Position numbers and translations under genes: made by a program
Shown: in pieces, positions 1 through 9,731 of the stretch
Numbering within the stretch: the stretch's first letter is position 1
How the letters are laid out: every line of letters starts with the position of its first letter
Assembly: GCA_965219445.1 (NCBI GenBank)
Contig: CBDCNQ010000004.1
Location: 416,001-480,000 of the forward strand
Source: Longimicrobiales bacterium
Lineage (GTDB): Bacteria > Gemmatimonadota > Gemmatimonadetes > Longimicrobiales > Gaopeijiaceae
Reading direction: 5' to 3'
Length of the DNA: 64,000 bases
The notes under the pieces: model-generated
The model's input: only the letters and a program-made list of their open reading frames with translations
Told to the model about the DNA's origin: nothing
Database searches by the model: none

Positions 1-1079
1 ACGATGAAGTAGATCACGACCAGGGCCGTCTGTAGGACCAACCACCGGAGAGATCTGTAGATCATCGGCCGCAAGAAGAAGACGAGCGCCCCGAATACGG
101 CCACAAGTGACAAGTTCAGGAGGAACGATCCGAGGAGTAGTCCGAATTGGAGTCCTGGCTCCTCGAGCAGTTGGAGCCGGCGCAGCTCGGCTTCGTACGC
201 GCTCAAGCGCGCCAGGTCCGCCTCCGTAATGGGCTCGTTCGCCCGAACGATCGCTTCCTGCTGGACCACATTCCCGACCGATTCCGGGACCGCCTGCCGG
301 ACCTGCTCACGATCGGCGGCGGTGACCTCGGGGTCGAACTCCAGGGAATATACGGTGTGGCTGATGATGATCAGCCGGAGTAACTCGCTGAGTTCGGGGC
401 TGGTTGTGGGAAGGTCGCTGATGATCCGCGCCTGGAGGTCTCCCCCGACCAGTACGTTTTCAGTCGCCTCCGAGCGGCGGCTGTCTGCTCCCGGGTCCTG
501 AATCAGGACGCGGTCCAGAGTGAGCTCACGCGACTCGGTAGCGTCGACCACGCCAATCATCGCGTATCGCCGCACCCCCATAGTGGACGTGGTCCTGAGG
601 AGCCGACGGGTCGCCTCGTCCATGAGGAGAACGGCCTGCTGCGGACTGACCACGATGGACGCTTCGAGCAGATCGGCTCGCAGGATCTCCGAATCGCCCT
701 CGGAAGCGACCGAGTCGAGTCGGGCGAACAACCTTTGGAGCCGGACAGCCATCGTGTCCCCGGCCTCGGACCTGTAGTTGAACGTGGGGGGAACGCCCGC
801 CGCTGCGTCCGCTCTCTCACGCTGCAGATCCGCGGTCGACTTGGGTATGGTGAACGGCACCTGGGCGATCACCGCCTCGGGAAGAACCATGCCCTCTTCA
901 AATCGGCCGAGTGTGGATCCTCCCATCGGGGGAAAGAGCGTTGTGATGGTGGCGGCTAACACGACCAAAAGCAGCAGCCGCGATCCGTGGTATACGACTC
1001 CGTCCGGCCAGGGCGGACGGACGTGGTCCCCCCTCGCTTCACTGGCAACACCGTATGTGGAGAGGCCGTCCCGGGTCAC
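1..1079 (-). CDS. 7TM-HD (HDIG) membrane phosphohydrolase, PgpH-like; N-terminal part only, runs off the window edge
   Basis: Absent from the ORF track because it has no stop in the window. I translated both ends by hand in the same frame: GTG at 1079 overlaps the phoH TGA and gives MTRDGLST...SRLLLLVVLAATITTLFPP (TM); the window edge reads ...LLLGSFLLNLSLVAVFGALVFFLRPMIYRSLRWLVLQTALVVIYFI (TMs). A position directly after phoH is typical of this family. The HD domain lies outside the window. Confidence 0.7.
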   Translation of the reverse strand, partial: MTRDGLSTYGVASEARGDHVRPPWPDGVVYHGSRLLLLVVLAATITTLFPPMGGSTLGRFEEGMVLPEAVIAQVPFTIPKSTADLQRERADAAAGVPPTFNYRSEAGDTMAVRLQRLFARLDSVASEGDSEILRADLLEASIVVSPQQAVLLMDEATRRLLRTTSTMGVRRYAMIGVVDATESRELTLDRVLIQDPGADSRRSEATENVLVGGDLQARIISDLPTTSPELSELLRLIIISHTVYSLEFDPEVTAADREQVRQAVPESVGNVVQQEAIVRANEPITEADLARLSAYEAELRRLQLLEEPGLQFGLLLGSFLLNLSLVAVFGALVFFLRPMIYRSLRWLVLQTALVVIYFI

Positions 1080-2074
1080 GAGTCCACCTCCGAATCCGAG
1101 CTGGCGTACGCGCGAATGATGTCCTTTACAAGACGATGTCGTATAACGTCCGAATCGTCCAGATAAATGAATTCGATGCCCTCGACGCTGCGTAAGATGG
1201 CCTCGACCTGGAGCAGGCCCGAATCTTCCTTGCGTGGGAGGTCGATCTGTGTCTTGTCTCCCGTGATCACCACCTGGGAGTTCAACCCGAGCCGTGTCAG
1301 AAACATCTTCATCTGCGCCGTTGTGGAGTTCTGGGCCTCATCCAAGATCACGAATGCATCGGAGAGGGTCCGGCCACGCATGTAAGCCAGCGGCGCGATC
1401 TCGATGGTCAGGTCTTCGACGGCCTTCCGTACCCGGTCGGAGGGCATCATGTCCTCCAGGGCATCGTACAGAGGCCTCAGGTAGGGATCGACCTTCTCCT
1501 GCATGTCTCCCGGGAGGAACCCGAGGCTCTCGCCCGCCTCGACGGCGGGCCGGGCCAGGACAATGCGCCGCACCCGCTTCTTGTAGAGAGCATCGACCGC
1601 AAGAGCAACCGCAAGATACGTCTTTCCGGTCCCGGCGGGCCCGATACCGATGACGACGTCATTTCCCCGGATCGCCTTGACGTACTGACGCTGTCCCTCC
1701 GATTTGGGTTGAATCATCTTGCGGGACCCCGGCAGCGCGACCTGGAGGTCCGTTTCGGGGGACACGACGCCGTCTGGACCGTGCACGGCCAGGCCCTCTG
1801 CAAAGCGGGCGATGTCGTTCCGGTCGAACGGCGCACGCAACCGGGACAGCTCGATCAGATGCTGGACCAACGGAGCGGCCCTCTCTACCGCCGCTAGCTC
1901 TCCTGACAAGATGACATGGTCCCCTCGAAGCACGAGCCGAATGTCATACAAGCCCGCTACTTCCCGAAGGTTGGCGTCGTTTGCCCCAGTCAGGAGCAGC
2001 GGATCGACCCCTTCGGCGTCAAGGCGGTGTTCCACCACTGCGCTCGGACCCGACGTCAAGCCCCCCGAGGTCAT
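1076..2074 (-). CDS. phoH: PhoH-like ATPase (PhoH/YbeZ family)
   Basis: GPAGTGKT Walker A, RPAVEAGESLGFLPGD, AYMRGRT, ILDEAQN. Confidence 0.95.
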   Translation of the reverse strand: MTSGGLTSGPSAVVEHRLDAEGVDPLLLTGANDANLREVAGLYDIRLVLRGDHVILSGELAAVERAAPLVQHLIELSRLRAPFDRNDIARFAEGLAVHGPDGVVSPETDLQVALPGSRKMIQPKSEGQRQYVKAIRGNDVVIGIGPAGTGKTYLAVALAVDALYKKRVRRIVLARPAVEAGESLGFLPGDMQEKVDPYLRPLYDALEDMMPSDRVRKAVEDLTIEIAPLAYMRGRTLSDAFVILDEAQNSTTAQMKMFLTRLGLNSQVVITGDKTQIDLPRKEDSGLLQVEAILRSVEGIEFIYLDDSDVIRHRLVKDIIRAYASSDSEVDS

Positions 2075-3912
2075 GTTTCAGCCCCGCTCATGTGGGTGAC
2101 TCCGCTCCCCTCAGCTCCCCCATCGGAGGCCGTCGGCCTCAGGGACAGCCCCAGCTCGGCAAGACCATCTGCGTCCAGCAGCGTCGGCGCACCTTCGAAA
2201 AGCGCGCGAGCGGCAGTCGTCTTGGGAAACGCGATGACCTCTCTAAGGCTACTGGCTCCGACAAAAAGCGCGACCAATCGATCCACACCGAATGCTACTC
2301 CGCCATGAGGCGGCGCGCCCGAGGAGAGGGCACCCAATAGAAACCCGAACTTCCGCTCGATCTCAGCGTCGTCCAAGCCGAGCAAGCGAAGGATCCGGTG
2401 TTGTAGATCCGGATCGTGATTACGGATGCTGCCCGAGCCCAATTCGACACCATTGAAAACCAAGTCGTAGGCCAGCCCACGCACGCTCGTTGGCTCCTTC
2501 TCGAGCCGGTCTTGGTCCTCCGGGTGGGGCATCACGAATGGATGGTGGTTCGCGCCCAAGGCACCGTCGGGTCTCTCCTCGAAGATTGGAAAGTCTACGA
2601 CCCAGAGCCAAGCGTGTTCCCGGTCCCGCGGAACGTCGAGTGCCTCGACCGCAGCCAACCTCGCCGCAGAGAGGGCCGGCGAGGTCATCCGGTCGCTTCC
2701 AGCCGCAACGAGCACGAGGTCGCCGACGTTCGTTCCCAACTCGTGATACGCCTCCTCGTCCATGAAGCGCGCGAGCGAGCCGGACCCTCCGTCATCTGTG
2801 CGCTTCGCCCAAAGAAGCCCAGGTGCACCCGTGGCCTTGGCGAGGCCTTCGATCGCCTCGATCTGTTTTCGAGAAAGCCTCGCCCCTCCCTTGAGCAGGA
2901 CTCCACGTACCCGCCCTCCCTCGCCGACTGCGGCGGAGAACACCGGCGCATCGAGCCGTCCCAGGGCGGTCGTCCAATTCTGGATTTCCAGCCCGTAGCG
3001 GAGATCGGGCCGGTCGGTTCCATAACGCTCCAGCGCTTCGGAATACGTCATCCGGATGAAGGGCCTTGGAGCTTCAATTTGGGGAGCCTCCGCCGCAAGA
3101 GCGACCATGAGGCCCTCCATCCACCCGAGGATGTCGTCGGAATCCACGAAGGACGCTTCGACATCGATCTGCGTGAACTCGGGCTGTCGGTCGGCCCTCA
3201 GATCCTCGTCCCGGAAACACCGGGCGATCTGAAAATAGCGATCGAAGCCCGCGGCCATACAGAGTTGCTTATAGATCTGCGGACTCTGTGGCAGCGCGTA
3301 GAATTCTCCGTGGTGCAAACGGCTCGGCACCAGGTAGTCGCGTGCGCCTTCAGGAGTCGGCTTGGTCAGAATTGGAGTTTCGACTTCGATGAAACCAAGC
3401 CCGTCCAAGTAGTTTCTGCACGCTAGAATCAGCCGGTGCCGGAGCTGGAGGTTCTCCTGAAGCTCCGTGCGGCGAAGATCCAGCACACGATGCTTCAGAC
3501 GGAGCTCCTCCGACGGTAATTCGTCTTCGGGTCCACGGTATACCGGGATGGCCGGCGTGTCGGCATTGGTCAGGCGACGCAGAACCGTCGCGCGGACCTC
3601 GACCTCTCCCGTTGGGATCTCCGTATTCCAGTTCTCACGGGGCCGAGCCGTGACGGATCCAACGACGGCCACTACGTCCTCGGGCCCAAGCTCATGGGCG
3701 AGTTCGAGCGAGGTAGCATTGGTCCAATCCGGCCCGAGCGATACCTGGACCAGCCCGCTTCGGTCGCGAAGGTCGAGGAAGATCAAACCGCCCAGATCTC
3801 TGCGGCGGTGGACCCAGCCCGCCAACTCGACCTCGGCCCCTTCGTCCTGGGAGCGAATGCCTCCCAACAGACGCGAGCGAAGTGCAGTCTGTTCGATATC
3901 GATCTGCTTCAT
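2071..3912 (-). CDS. aspS: Aspartate--tRNA ligase
   Basis: OB-fold WVHRRRDLGGLIF, ALPQSPQ, CFRDEDLRADRQPEFTQID, GAPPHGG..FGVDRL, IAFPKT. Confidence 0.97.
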   Translation of the reverse strand: MKQIDIEQTALRSRLLGGIRSQDEGAEVELAGWVHRRRDLGGLIFLDLRDRSGLVQVSLGPDWTNATSLELAHELGPEDVVAVVGSVTARPRENWNTEIPTGEVEVRATVLRRLTNADTPAIPVYRGPEDELPSEELRLKHRVLDLRRTELQENLQLRHRLILACRNYLDGLGFIEVETPILTKPTPEGARDYLVPSRLHHGEFYALPQSPQIYKQLCMAAGFDRYFQIARCFRDEDLRADRQPEFTQIDVEASFVDSDDILGWMEGLMVALAAEAPQIEAPRPFIRMTYSEALERYGTDRPDLRYGLEIQNWTTALGRLDAPVFSAAVGEGGRVRGVLLKGGARLSRKQIEAIEGLAKATGAPGLLWAKRTDDGGSGSLARFMDEEAYHELGTNVGDLVLVAAGSDRMTSPALSAARLAAVEALDVPRDREHAWLWVVDFPIFEERPDGALGANHHPFVMPHPEDQDRLEKEPTSVRGLAYDLVFNGVELGSGSIRNHDPDLQHRILRLLGLDDAEIERKFGFLLGALSSGAPPHGGVAFGVDRLVALFVGASSLREVIAFPKTTAARALFEGAPTLLDADGLAELGLSLRPTASDGGAEGSGVTHMSGAET

Positions 3913-3914
3913 GA

Positions 3915-4316
3915 TCAGGCCGAACCCGTTGTCGTAGTACTTTCGCTCGGCGAGCGCCCATCGTCACGAGACGGAGAGGAGAAGCGCGAGAACAATAAGA
4001 AGCCGAGCATCACCCCTGCGCTGTCCGCCACCCAGTCACCCACACTGGAGTGTCGGCCCGGAACGAAGCTTTGGTGCCACTCATCCAGCGCACCGTACCC
4101 CACACCGATGAGCATCAGCAGGAGTCCGGGAACGCTGAATCCGGTCCTCCTTCTTCCCCACGCCAGGGACAAGCCCAGAATCAAATACAACCCTCCATGA
4201 ACCAACTTGTCGGAACCGGCCGGCAGAATGTCGTCCGTCCCTTGCAGTTCGCTCAACAAAAAGAGGACCGCCGCCCAGAGAGCGGCCGGCCCCCAACCAA
4301 GAACCCAAGCCTTCAC
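3915..4316 (-). CDS. VanZ-like family membrane protein
   Basis: DKLVHGGLY and YGALDEWHQSFVPGR..SVGDWVAD motifs; start taken at GTG 4316 (ORF track extends to 4427). Confidence 0.85.
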   Translation of the reverse strand: MKAWVLGWGPAALWAAVLFLLSELQGTDDILPAGSDKLVHGGLYLILGLSLAWGRRRTGFSVPGLLLMLIGVGYGALDEWHQSFVPGRHSSVGDWVADSAGVMLGFLLFSRFSSPSRDDGRSPSESTTTTGSA

Positions 4317-4377
4317 TGATTGTTCGAAAACGGATACAGTATCCGGCCCTCCTCTAGAAGGGTGATCGCCCTTCCCA

Positions 4378-4399
4378 AAGGCTATTGAAGAAGTGCAGT
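4378..4399 (+). repeat. Degenerate end of the AGGCTGTTGAAG repeat family
   Basis: aaggctattgaagaagtgcagt resembles the 9525 terminal repeat and the 48571 copy. Confidence 0.55.
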
Positions 4400-4538
4400 G
4401 GGAACGCTTCAAGTTTAACGTGGGCATCTGGGCGATACAAGAAATGTCGTACCATTCGGTATGCCGTTATCTTTCTCATCGTCGCCGTACGGTGACTCCG
4501 AGCCAAATCGGGCGGCTCCGGCCCGAAGGACACCCTCC

Positions 4539-5666
4539 ATGCCCGACGTGAAAACCGATCTCCTCAGCCTTCCGCCCGACGACCTCGGGACGGTCTTGGC
4601 CAAGCATTTCGAAACCCGGGGCCAACCCTCGTACCGAGTAGAACAGGTCAAAGAGTGGGTCTTCGAGGAGTGTGTCCCCAGCATCGCCGGGATGACCAAT
4701 CTCCCTGCAGCCGAGCGGAAAGCGCTCGACGCCGAATTCTCCCTCGTGGAGCCCGCTGCCGATGCCGTATCCCGCTCCTCGGACGGGACCGTAAAGCACC
4801 TCTGGAGGCTCGCGGACGGAGAACTCGTGGAATCCGTTTTGATCCCCACGTCCGACCGTTTGACCCTCTGCATCTCATCTCAGGCCGGCTGTGCGATGGG
4901 ATGCACGTTCTGCGCGACCGGTTGGGCCGGATTCCAGCGCCAACTCACGGCCGGCGAGATCGTGTCGCAGTACCGTGTCTCCCGGAGGTGGGCCCTCGAA
5001 AACGCCTACGGCAGGATTTCCAACATCGTATACATGGGAATGGGAGAGCCACTCAGTAATCGAAAGGCGCTTCACCCTTCCCTGACCATTCTCAACAAGG
5101 GTTATGGCGTGGGCGCGCGGCGAATCACCGTGTCGACCGTTGGCGTCGTTCCAGGCATCCTCGAGCTGGCTGAACGCGAAGAGCAGTTCCGCCTGGCCAT
5201 TTCCCTGCACGCGCCCGAGTCCGAGCTGCGGAGTGAATTGATTCCACTCGAGAAGCGATACTCCCTAGAGGAGCTCATGGCCGCCCTTGCGACCTTCAAC
5301 CGGGCCGGCGGACGGAGGATCACGTTCGAATACACGATGATACGCGGTGTCAACGACGCCCCGCGCCTAGCTCCTCAGCTGGCAGATCTCGCCGCCTCGG
5401 TCCACGCCTTCGTAAACCTGATCCCCTACAATCCCATCCCCTTCCAGGACTGGACAGCCAGTCGGGGAGAACGCATCGAGGAGTTTCGTTCGGTACTCGA
5501 CGCCCGAGGTGTATCTGTGGCCGTTCGTGTTCCACGCGGGCGGGACATCGATGCGGCGTGCGGCCAGCTTCGGGCGAGCCGAACGGGATCTCGTGGCACC
5601 CAGAACAGCTCGGACGCCGGCACGAGCGACTGGTGTCCTGAGTCAGAAGTTCGTCGGAATTCGTAG
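4539..5666 (+). CDS. rlmN: 23S rRNA m2A2503 / tRNA m2A37 radical-SAM methyltransferase
   Basis: CISSQAGCAMGCTFC (CxxxCxxC), MGMGEP, ISLHA, DIDAACGQL; ATG 4539 follows GAAGGA. Confidence 0.95.
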   Translation: MPDVKTDLLSLPPDDLGTVLAKHFETRGQPSYRVEQVKEWVFEECVPSIAGMTNLPAAERKALDAEFSLVEPAADAVSRSSDGTVKHLWRLADGELVESVLIPTSDRLTLCISSQAGCAMGCTFCATGWAGFQRQLTAGEIVSQYRVSRRWALENAYGRISNIVYMGMGEPLSNRKALHPSLTILNKGYGVGARRITVSTVGVVPGILELAEREEQFRLAISLHAPESELRSELIPLEKRYSLEELMAALATFNRAGGRRITFEYTMIRGVNDAPRLAPQLADLAASVHAFVNLIPYNPIPFQDWTASRGERIEEFRSVLDARGVSVAVRVPRGRDIDAACGQLRASRTGSRGTQNSSDAGTSDWCPESEVRRNS

Positions 5667-5669
5667 CCC

Positions 5670-6479
5670 TCAGCGTATGCGGGAGAAGACCCGACCAAGC
5701 CGGACCTCACGAAGCCACGGAAACGGCCTGAATGAGCCTTTGTTGTAGGAGAAATAGATGAACGAGGCTCGCCCTTCGAGCCGCCAGCCCTCGAGCAGTC
5801 CCCAGTACCGGGAATCGAGGCTCGTGTCCCGATTGTCGCCCAACATGAAGTAGCGGTCCTCCGGGATCACGAGAGGACCCCAATTGTCCCGCGTCGGTCG
5901 GTAGGTCGTCTTCGATACGGCATCGACCAGATGCTCCGACTGCCACGCCATCCAAGCGTGCGGGTCATCCCCCGCGGGATCCACATGTTTGACGTAGGGC
6001 TCGCTCTGGATATGCCCGTTTAGCGTAAGCACCCCGTCCTTCATGGAGACGGTATCTCCCGGAACACCGATGAGGCGCTTGACGAGCTTGAGATCGGGCT
6101 CGTGCGGTGGATCGAAAACGAGAACGTCCCCACGTCGGACCGAAGAGTACCCCGGGATACGAGTCTGTGTACCCGGAATTCGCACACCCACGGCAGCCCG
6201 ATTCGCGATCAGGAAATCACCAATCAGAAGCGCGTTTTCCATTGATCCCGAGGTGATCACGAAGGTCTGCAGAATAAAAGTGCGAATGACGACGAAAAGC
6301 ACCGCGGCCACCAGGAGCGATTTCGCCCACTCCATGAGACCACCATCGGGTGCCTTGGCGTGGCCCTGAGATTTCTCCTTCGCCGGCTTCTCTTCTGCGG
6401 GAGCGCCCCCACCCTTCTCTCTCACGCCAATGGGCGCCTCACCCACGCCACCGCGATGTCGTCGATTCTTTTTCGCCAT
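5670..6479 (-). CDS. lepB: Signal peptidase I
   Basis: TM segment then ITSGSM (catalytic Ser), LVKRLIGVPGD (Lys), LGDNRDTSLDSRYWG. Confidence 0.95.
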   Translation of the reverse strand: MAKKNRRHRGGVGEAPIGVREKGGGAPAEEKPAKEKSQGHAKAPDGGLMEWAKSLLVAAVLFVVIRTFILQTFVITSGSMENALLIGDFLIANRAAVGVRIPGTQTRIPGYSSVRRGDVLVFDPPHEPDLKLVKRLIGVPGDTVSMKDGVLTLNGHIQSEPYVKHVDPAGDDPHAWMAWQSEHLVDAVSKTTYRPTRDNWGPLVIPEDRYFMLGDNRDTSLDSRYWGLLEGWRLEGRASFIYFSYNKGSFRPFPWLREVRLGRVFSRIR

Positions 6480-6485
6480 AGTCGA

Positions 6486-6974
6486 TTATCGTAAGAACCT
6501 GCGGACGTCCCACCAGGGCGCTTCCTCGCCCTCATCCTCATCCGCACCCACGTCGGGAGCCCAATCATTACCTAGCATTACGGTCACATCAAGGTAAAGG
6601 TTCGCATCGGGCTGACTCTCCACCCAGCGCGTACCAAGTGCTCGCCCGACCGCCGCCGCTGCTCGTGGTCTCGCGGAGCGGTCGAGTACGATGGTGGAAT
6701 CCTGCCCGAAGGTGTCCGCATTACCGAAATAAACGACGTCGAAACCGCGGTCCCGTAGGTGGTCGGTAGCAAGGCGAGCCATACCCTCCGTCCCCCCTGC
6801 GTTGAGAACTTCTACCCGGACTCGACCCAACCCCGCGGCGGTGGAATTCAGGGGCGGCGGTGCCACACGCTCCTGCTGGGGCAACGGGTTCCACTGCGAC
6901 ACCGCCGATCCGATGAAGATTCCCGCAGCCAGTACTACGCCGAGGACGATTAGACCTCGGAGGCGCTCGCCCAT
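6486..6974 (-). CDS. Membrane-anchored LytR C-terminal domain protein
   Basis: N-terminal TM; VEVLNAGGTEGMA...L..RGF.V...GNA...DVTVMLGND. Confidence 0.85.
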   Translation of the reverse strand: MGERLRGLIVLGVVLAAGIFIGSAVSQWNPLPQQERVAPPPLNSTAAGLGRVRVEVLNAGGTEGMARLATDHLRDRGFDVVYFGNADTFGQDSTIVLDRSARPRAAAAVGRALGTRWVESQPDANLYLDVTVMLGNDWAPDVGADEDEGEEAPWWDVRRFLR

Positions 6975-7555
6975 GATTTCCCTTTCGCCAGGACGTTCCA
7001 CAGTCCGAGCGTCTCCGGAGGCACGGGCCGACCTTTCCTGATTAGAAACTGAACCCGTTTTCCTGCCACCGCCTGGGCCACCGAGTCGAGGCCCCCCGGC
7101 ATTTCACTGCGCAACCCCGCCCTCCATTTAGGCTGAACCTTACGCCCAGGCTCGATGAAGTCCGCCACGTAGAGCGCTTTTCCGAGATCGTCGAAGTTCG
7201 GACTTCCCAGCGAGTGGAATGCAATAGCGGTAAGTAAAGGTTCATCCGTGACCCCACTCCGGTGAAGCCGATCCGCCGCGGCCGGACCGTGGATGACCTC
7301 GTCCGGCATGTGATCCAGAGGCCTCGAAAGCCCGGCGCGGAGTTCAGCCGGATCCGCATCGCGCAGCGCGTCATGAAGATATCCCACTGCGACCCAACGC
7401 TGGACGTCCAACGGGTCGTCACCCCGGACCTCGCCCCACTCCTGAAGCAGCTCCGCCACCCGCGCCATGTGTGCCCTGCGCTTCTTCCGGGCGACGGCCC
7501 AATCGGGAAGAACCCCGCGAGCAGCCGCGGAAACCAATGGATGGAGTTCTCTCAC
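6950..7555 (-). CDS. HD-domain hydrolase, YqeK-like (putative Ap4A hydrolase)
   Basis: HMARVA...YLHDALR...HGPAAA...AIAFHSLG...LYVADFIEPGR matches the YqeK pattern; start uncertain (7555-7633). Confidence 0.75.
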   Translation of the reverse strand: MRELHPLVSAAARGVLPDWAVARKKRRAHMARVAELLQEWGEVRGDDPLDVQRWVAVGYLHDALRDADPAELRAGLSRPLDHMPDEVIHGPAAADRLHRSGVTDEPLLTAIAFHSLGSPNFDDLGKALYVADFIEPGRKVQPKWRAGLRSEMPGGLDSVAQAVAGKRVQFLIRKGRPVPPETLGLWNVLAKGKSWASASEV

Positions 7556-7654
7556 ACCCGTCCTCCGGCCAGTGCGGGTGTGCTCTCGAGTGATATGGAG
7601 GCTATACGTTCGGGCATCGCTCGGTTCTGTCATCCACGCTTGACGGCGCCAAGA

Positions 7655-7745
7655 TAGAGGCCTGTTGAAGAAGTGGGGCGAGCCGCGTTAGGAGCGCCAC
7701 GGGGTCACATCCCAGGTGGCGCCCCCAAGAAATAGCATAGCTACG
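7655..7745 (+). repeat. Degenerate copy of the AGGCTGTTGAAG MITE-like element
   Basis: tagaggcctgttgaagaagtggggcgagcc followed by tagcatagctacg, similar to the internal cgtagcgctgctacg hairpin of the 9525-9731 element. Confidence 0.55.
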
Positions 7746-7826
7746 TCGAGCGGCACCAACAACGGAGATGGCCCGGTGCCGCCCTAACCGGACACCGACA
7801 GGGCGCCAGCCCGCTATCTTCCCTCG

Positions 7827-9524
7827 ATGACGATGCGATGGGATCCGGTTCTGACCGCCGCCATAGCCGCCGAACTGACCGACGCCCTGTCGGGAGCGCG
7901 GCTCACGGGAATTTTTCTCGATCACGGCTCCAGGGCCCTCCACGCCTACTTTCGCGAGGTGTCTGTTTTGGTCGACCTCGCGCCTTCCCATCTCGGCGTA
8001 GAGATTCTCGGAACGTCCGAGCCTCCAGAAGGGAGTCGCACTTTCCCTTGTACATTGGCGGCGGTCGAGCACATCCCCGACGAAAGGGTACTCGTCTTCC
8101 TTCTGACCCGGATCCGTGGGCGGGGAGGCGCAGTTCGAATCGTCGTCGAGTTCGTACCCCGCCGAAGCAACGCTACGGTGGTCGAGGGAGACGAATGGAC
8201 GGTCCGGCATGTGCTGGTTCCACACTCGGGAACTCGAGGACCCAGGGTTGGAAACCCGTACCCAAAGCCAGTCTCGGACAGGCACGGCGTGGATGTTCCT
8301 CTGGTCTTTCGGCACTGGCTCGAGATCCTCGAGCCGGAGGAAACGATGAAAGAGAGAGAACGCGTTCTTCTTCAAGAGGTCGCATTCACGTCTCCCATAA
8401 ACGCCCCAGCACTCCTGGGCGGTGCAGACGGGTGGGGTGACGACACCTCGCTAGAGACCGGCTACGAGCTCTGGCGACACTTGAGGGAGATCGGTCTCGG
8501 AGCAGGCGTTGGCGGCTCTCCCCGGTCGGGCACCGGCCGGTCTCCAAGGGTGGCCCTTACTCTTCAATGCGAGTGGGGAGACCAGCCCTACCCGGCGGAG
8601 CTGCCTGCGTACGGTCACCAAACATCAGGATCACTCCTCGAAGCTGTCGAGCAGGTGCGGCGAGCCGCCGGAGCCGGTGCGGTCCTGACTCCCTCCCGAT
8701 GGACGAACGCCTTGGCGGACGCCCTCCGCACGGTGCGTAAGAAACACGGCAAGCTCGAGCGAGAACTCGCAGCCACCCCGGACCCACAAACACTGCGCAT
8801 ACAAGGAGACACGATTCTCGCGCACCTGCACCTCGTGAAAAAGGGAGCCGCTGAGGTGACGCTTCCGGGCTTCCAGGGCACCCCGGAGACGATCGTTCTC
8901 GATCCGACGCTCGCCCCGCAGGGGAATGCCGAACGCCTCTACGATCGAGCTGGACGGGCCGAGCGGGCGCGGGCGAAATTGCCCACGTTGATCCAGGAGG
9001 CGGAGTCCCGCGTCGCCGCACTGAGCGAGCTTCTGGACCGGGTTCGAACGGGGGAGGCCTCGGCGGGCGAGATCCGGGAGGCGCTTCCCGAGTCCGGCAC
9101 GGGCGGGGGCGGAACACAGGACTCCCCTGGACCATCCCTTCCCTACAGGCGCTATTGGACATCGGGGGGATTGGAAGTGCGCGTCGGGCGCGGATCCAAA
9201 CACAACGATCAACTGACCTTCAAGCACGCTGCGCCAAACGATATCTGGCTTCACGCGAGACATTCGGCGGGCGCTCACGTGGTGCTCCGGTGGAACGGGA
9301 GAGAGACGCCGCCGGCTCGGGATCTGGAGCAGGCAGCCATTCTCGCTGCCCTTCACTCGAAGTCCCGATCCTCCGGGAGCGTGCCGGTCGACTGGACGAG
9401 GAGGAAGTACGTGCGGAAGCCCAGAAAGGCCCCTCCGGGCAGTGTTCAGTTGGACCGCGCAAAAACGCTGTTCGTCGAACCCGACCCTTCGCTTCCGGAT
9501 CGGCTCAAGGAGCGTAAGGACTAG
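7827..9524 (+). CDS. rqcH: NFACT family ribosome quality-control protein (RqcH/FbpA-like)
   Basis: N-terminal NFACT-N-like region, coiled coil with LDPTLAPQGNAERLY, C-terminal NFACT-R VGRG..NDQLT...DIWLHAR..AGAHVV...VPVDWT.RKYVRKP. Confidence 0.85.
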   Translation: MTMRWDPVLTAAIAAELTDALSGARLTGIFLDHGSRALHAYFREVSVLVDLAPSHLGVEILGTSEPPEGSRTFPCTLAAVEHIPDERVLVFLLTRIRGRGGAVRIVVEFVPRRSNATVVEGDEWTVRHVLVPHSGTRGPRVGNPYPKPVSDRHGVDVPLVFRHWLEILEPEETMKERERVLLQEVAFTSPINAPALLGGADGWGDDTSLETGYELWRHLREIGLGAGVGGSPRSGTGRSPRVALTLQCEWGDQPYPAELPAYGHQTSGSLLEAVEQVRRAAGAGAVLTPSRWTNALADALRTVRKKHGKLERELAATPDPQTLRIQGDTILAHLHLVKKGAAEVTLPGFQGTPETIVLDPTLAPQGNAERLYDRAGRAERARAKLPTLIQEAESRVAALSELLDRVRTGEASAGEIREALPESGTGGGGTQDSPGPSLPYRRYWTSGGLEVRVGRGSKHNDQLTFKHAAPNDIWLHARHSAGAHVVLRWNGRETPPARDLEQAAILAALHSKSRSSGSVPVDWTRRKYVRKPRKAPPGSVQLDRAKTLFVEPDPSLPDRLKERKD

Positions 9525-9731
9525 GAAGGCTGTTGAAGGAGTAGTTGGGCGGTTGATCCTGCGTCTCTCCTCCTCGCCGTAGCGCTGCTACGCCTCGTCG
9601 TCGTTCGTTCTTCGCCTTCGGCTCAGGTGCCGCGGAAACCATTGCTCGACGTCGTACACCACGTCCGCGACGTTGTCTGAACGCGCACAAGCGCCCTGTG
9701 CGCGACCCGCTGTACTCCTTCAACAGCCTTC
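9525..9731. mobile_element. MITE-like element (207 bp) with perfect 19-bp terminal inverted repeats
   Basis: gaaggctgttgaaggagta at 9525-9543 and its exact reverse complement at 9713-9731; internal hairpins; no convincing coding capacity; lies between convergent rqcH and trpA. Confidence 0.7.

Noticed and set aside
4539..5666. Cfr-type resistance methyltransferase
   Set aside because: Motifs and core-genome context fit housekeeping RlmN; nothing supports Cfr.
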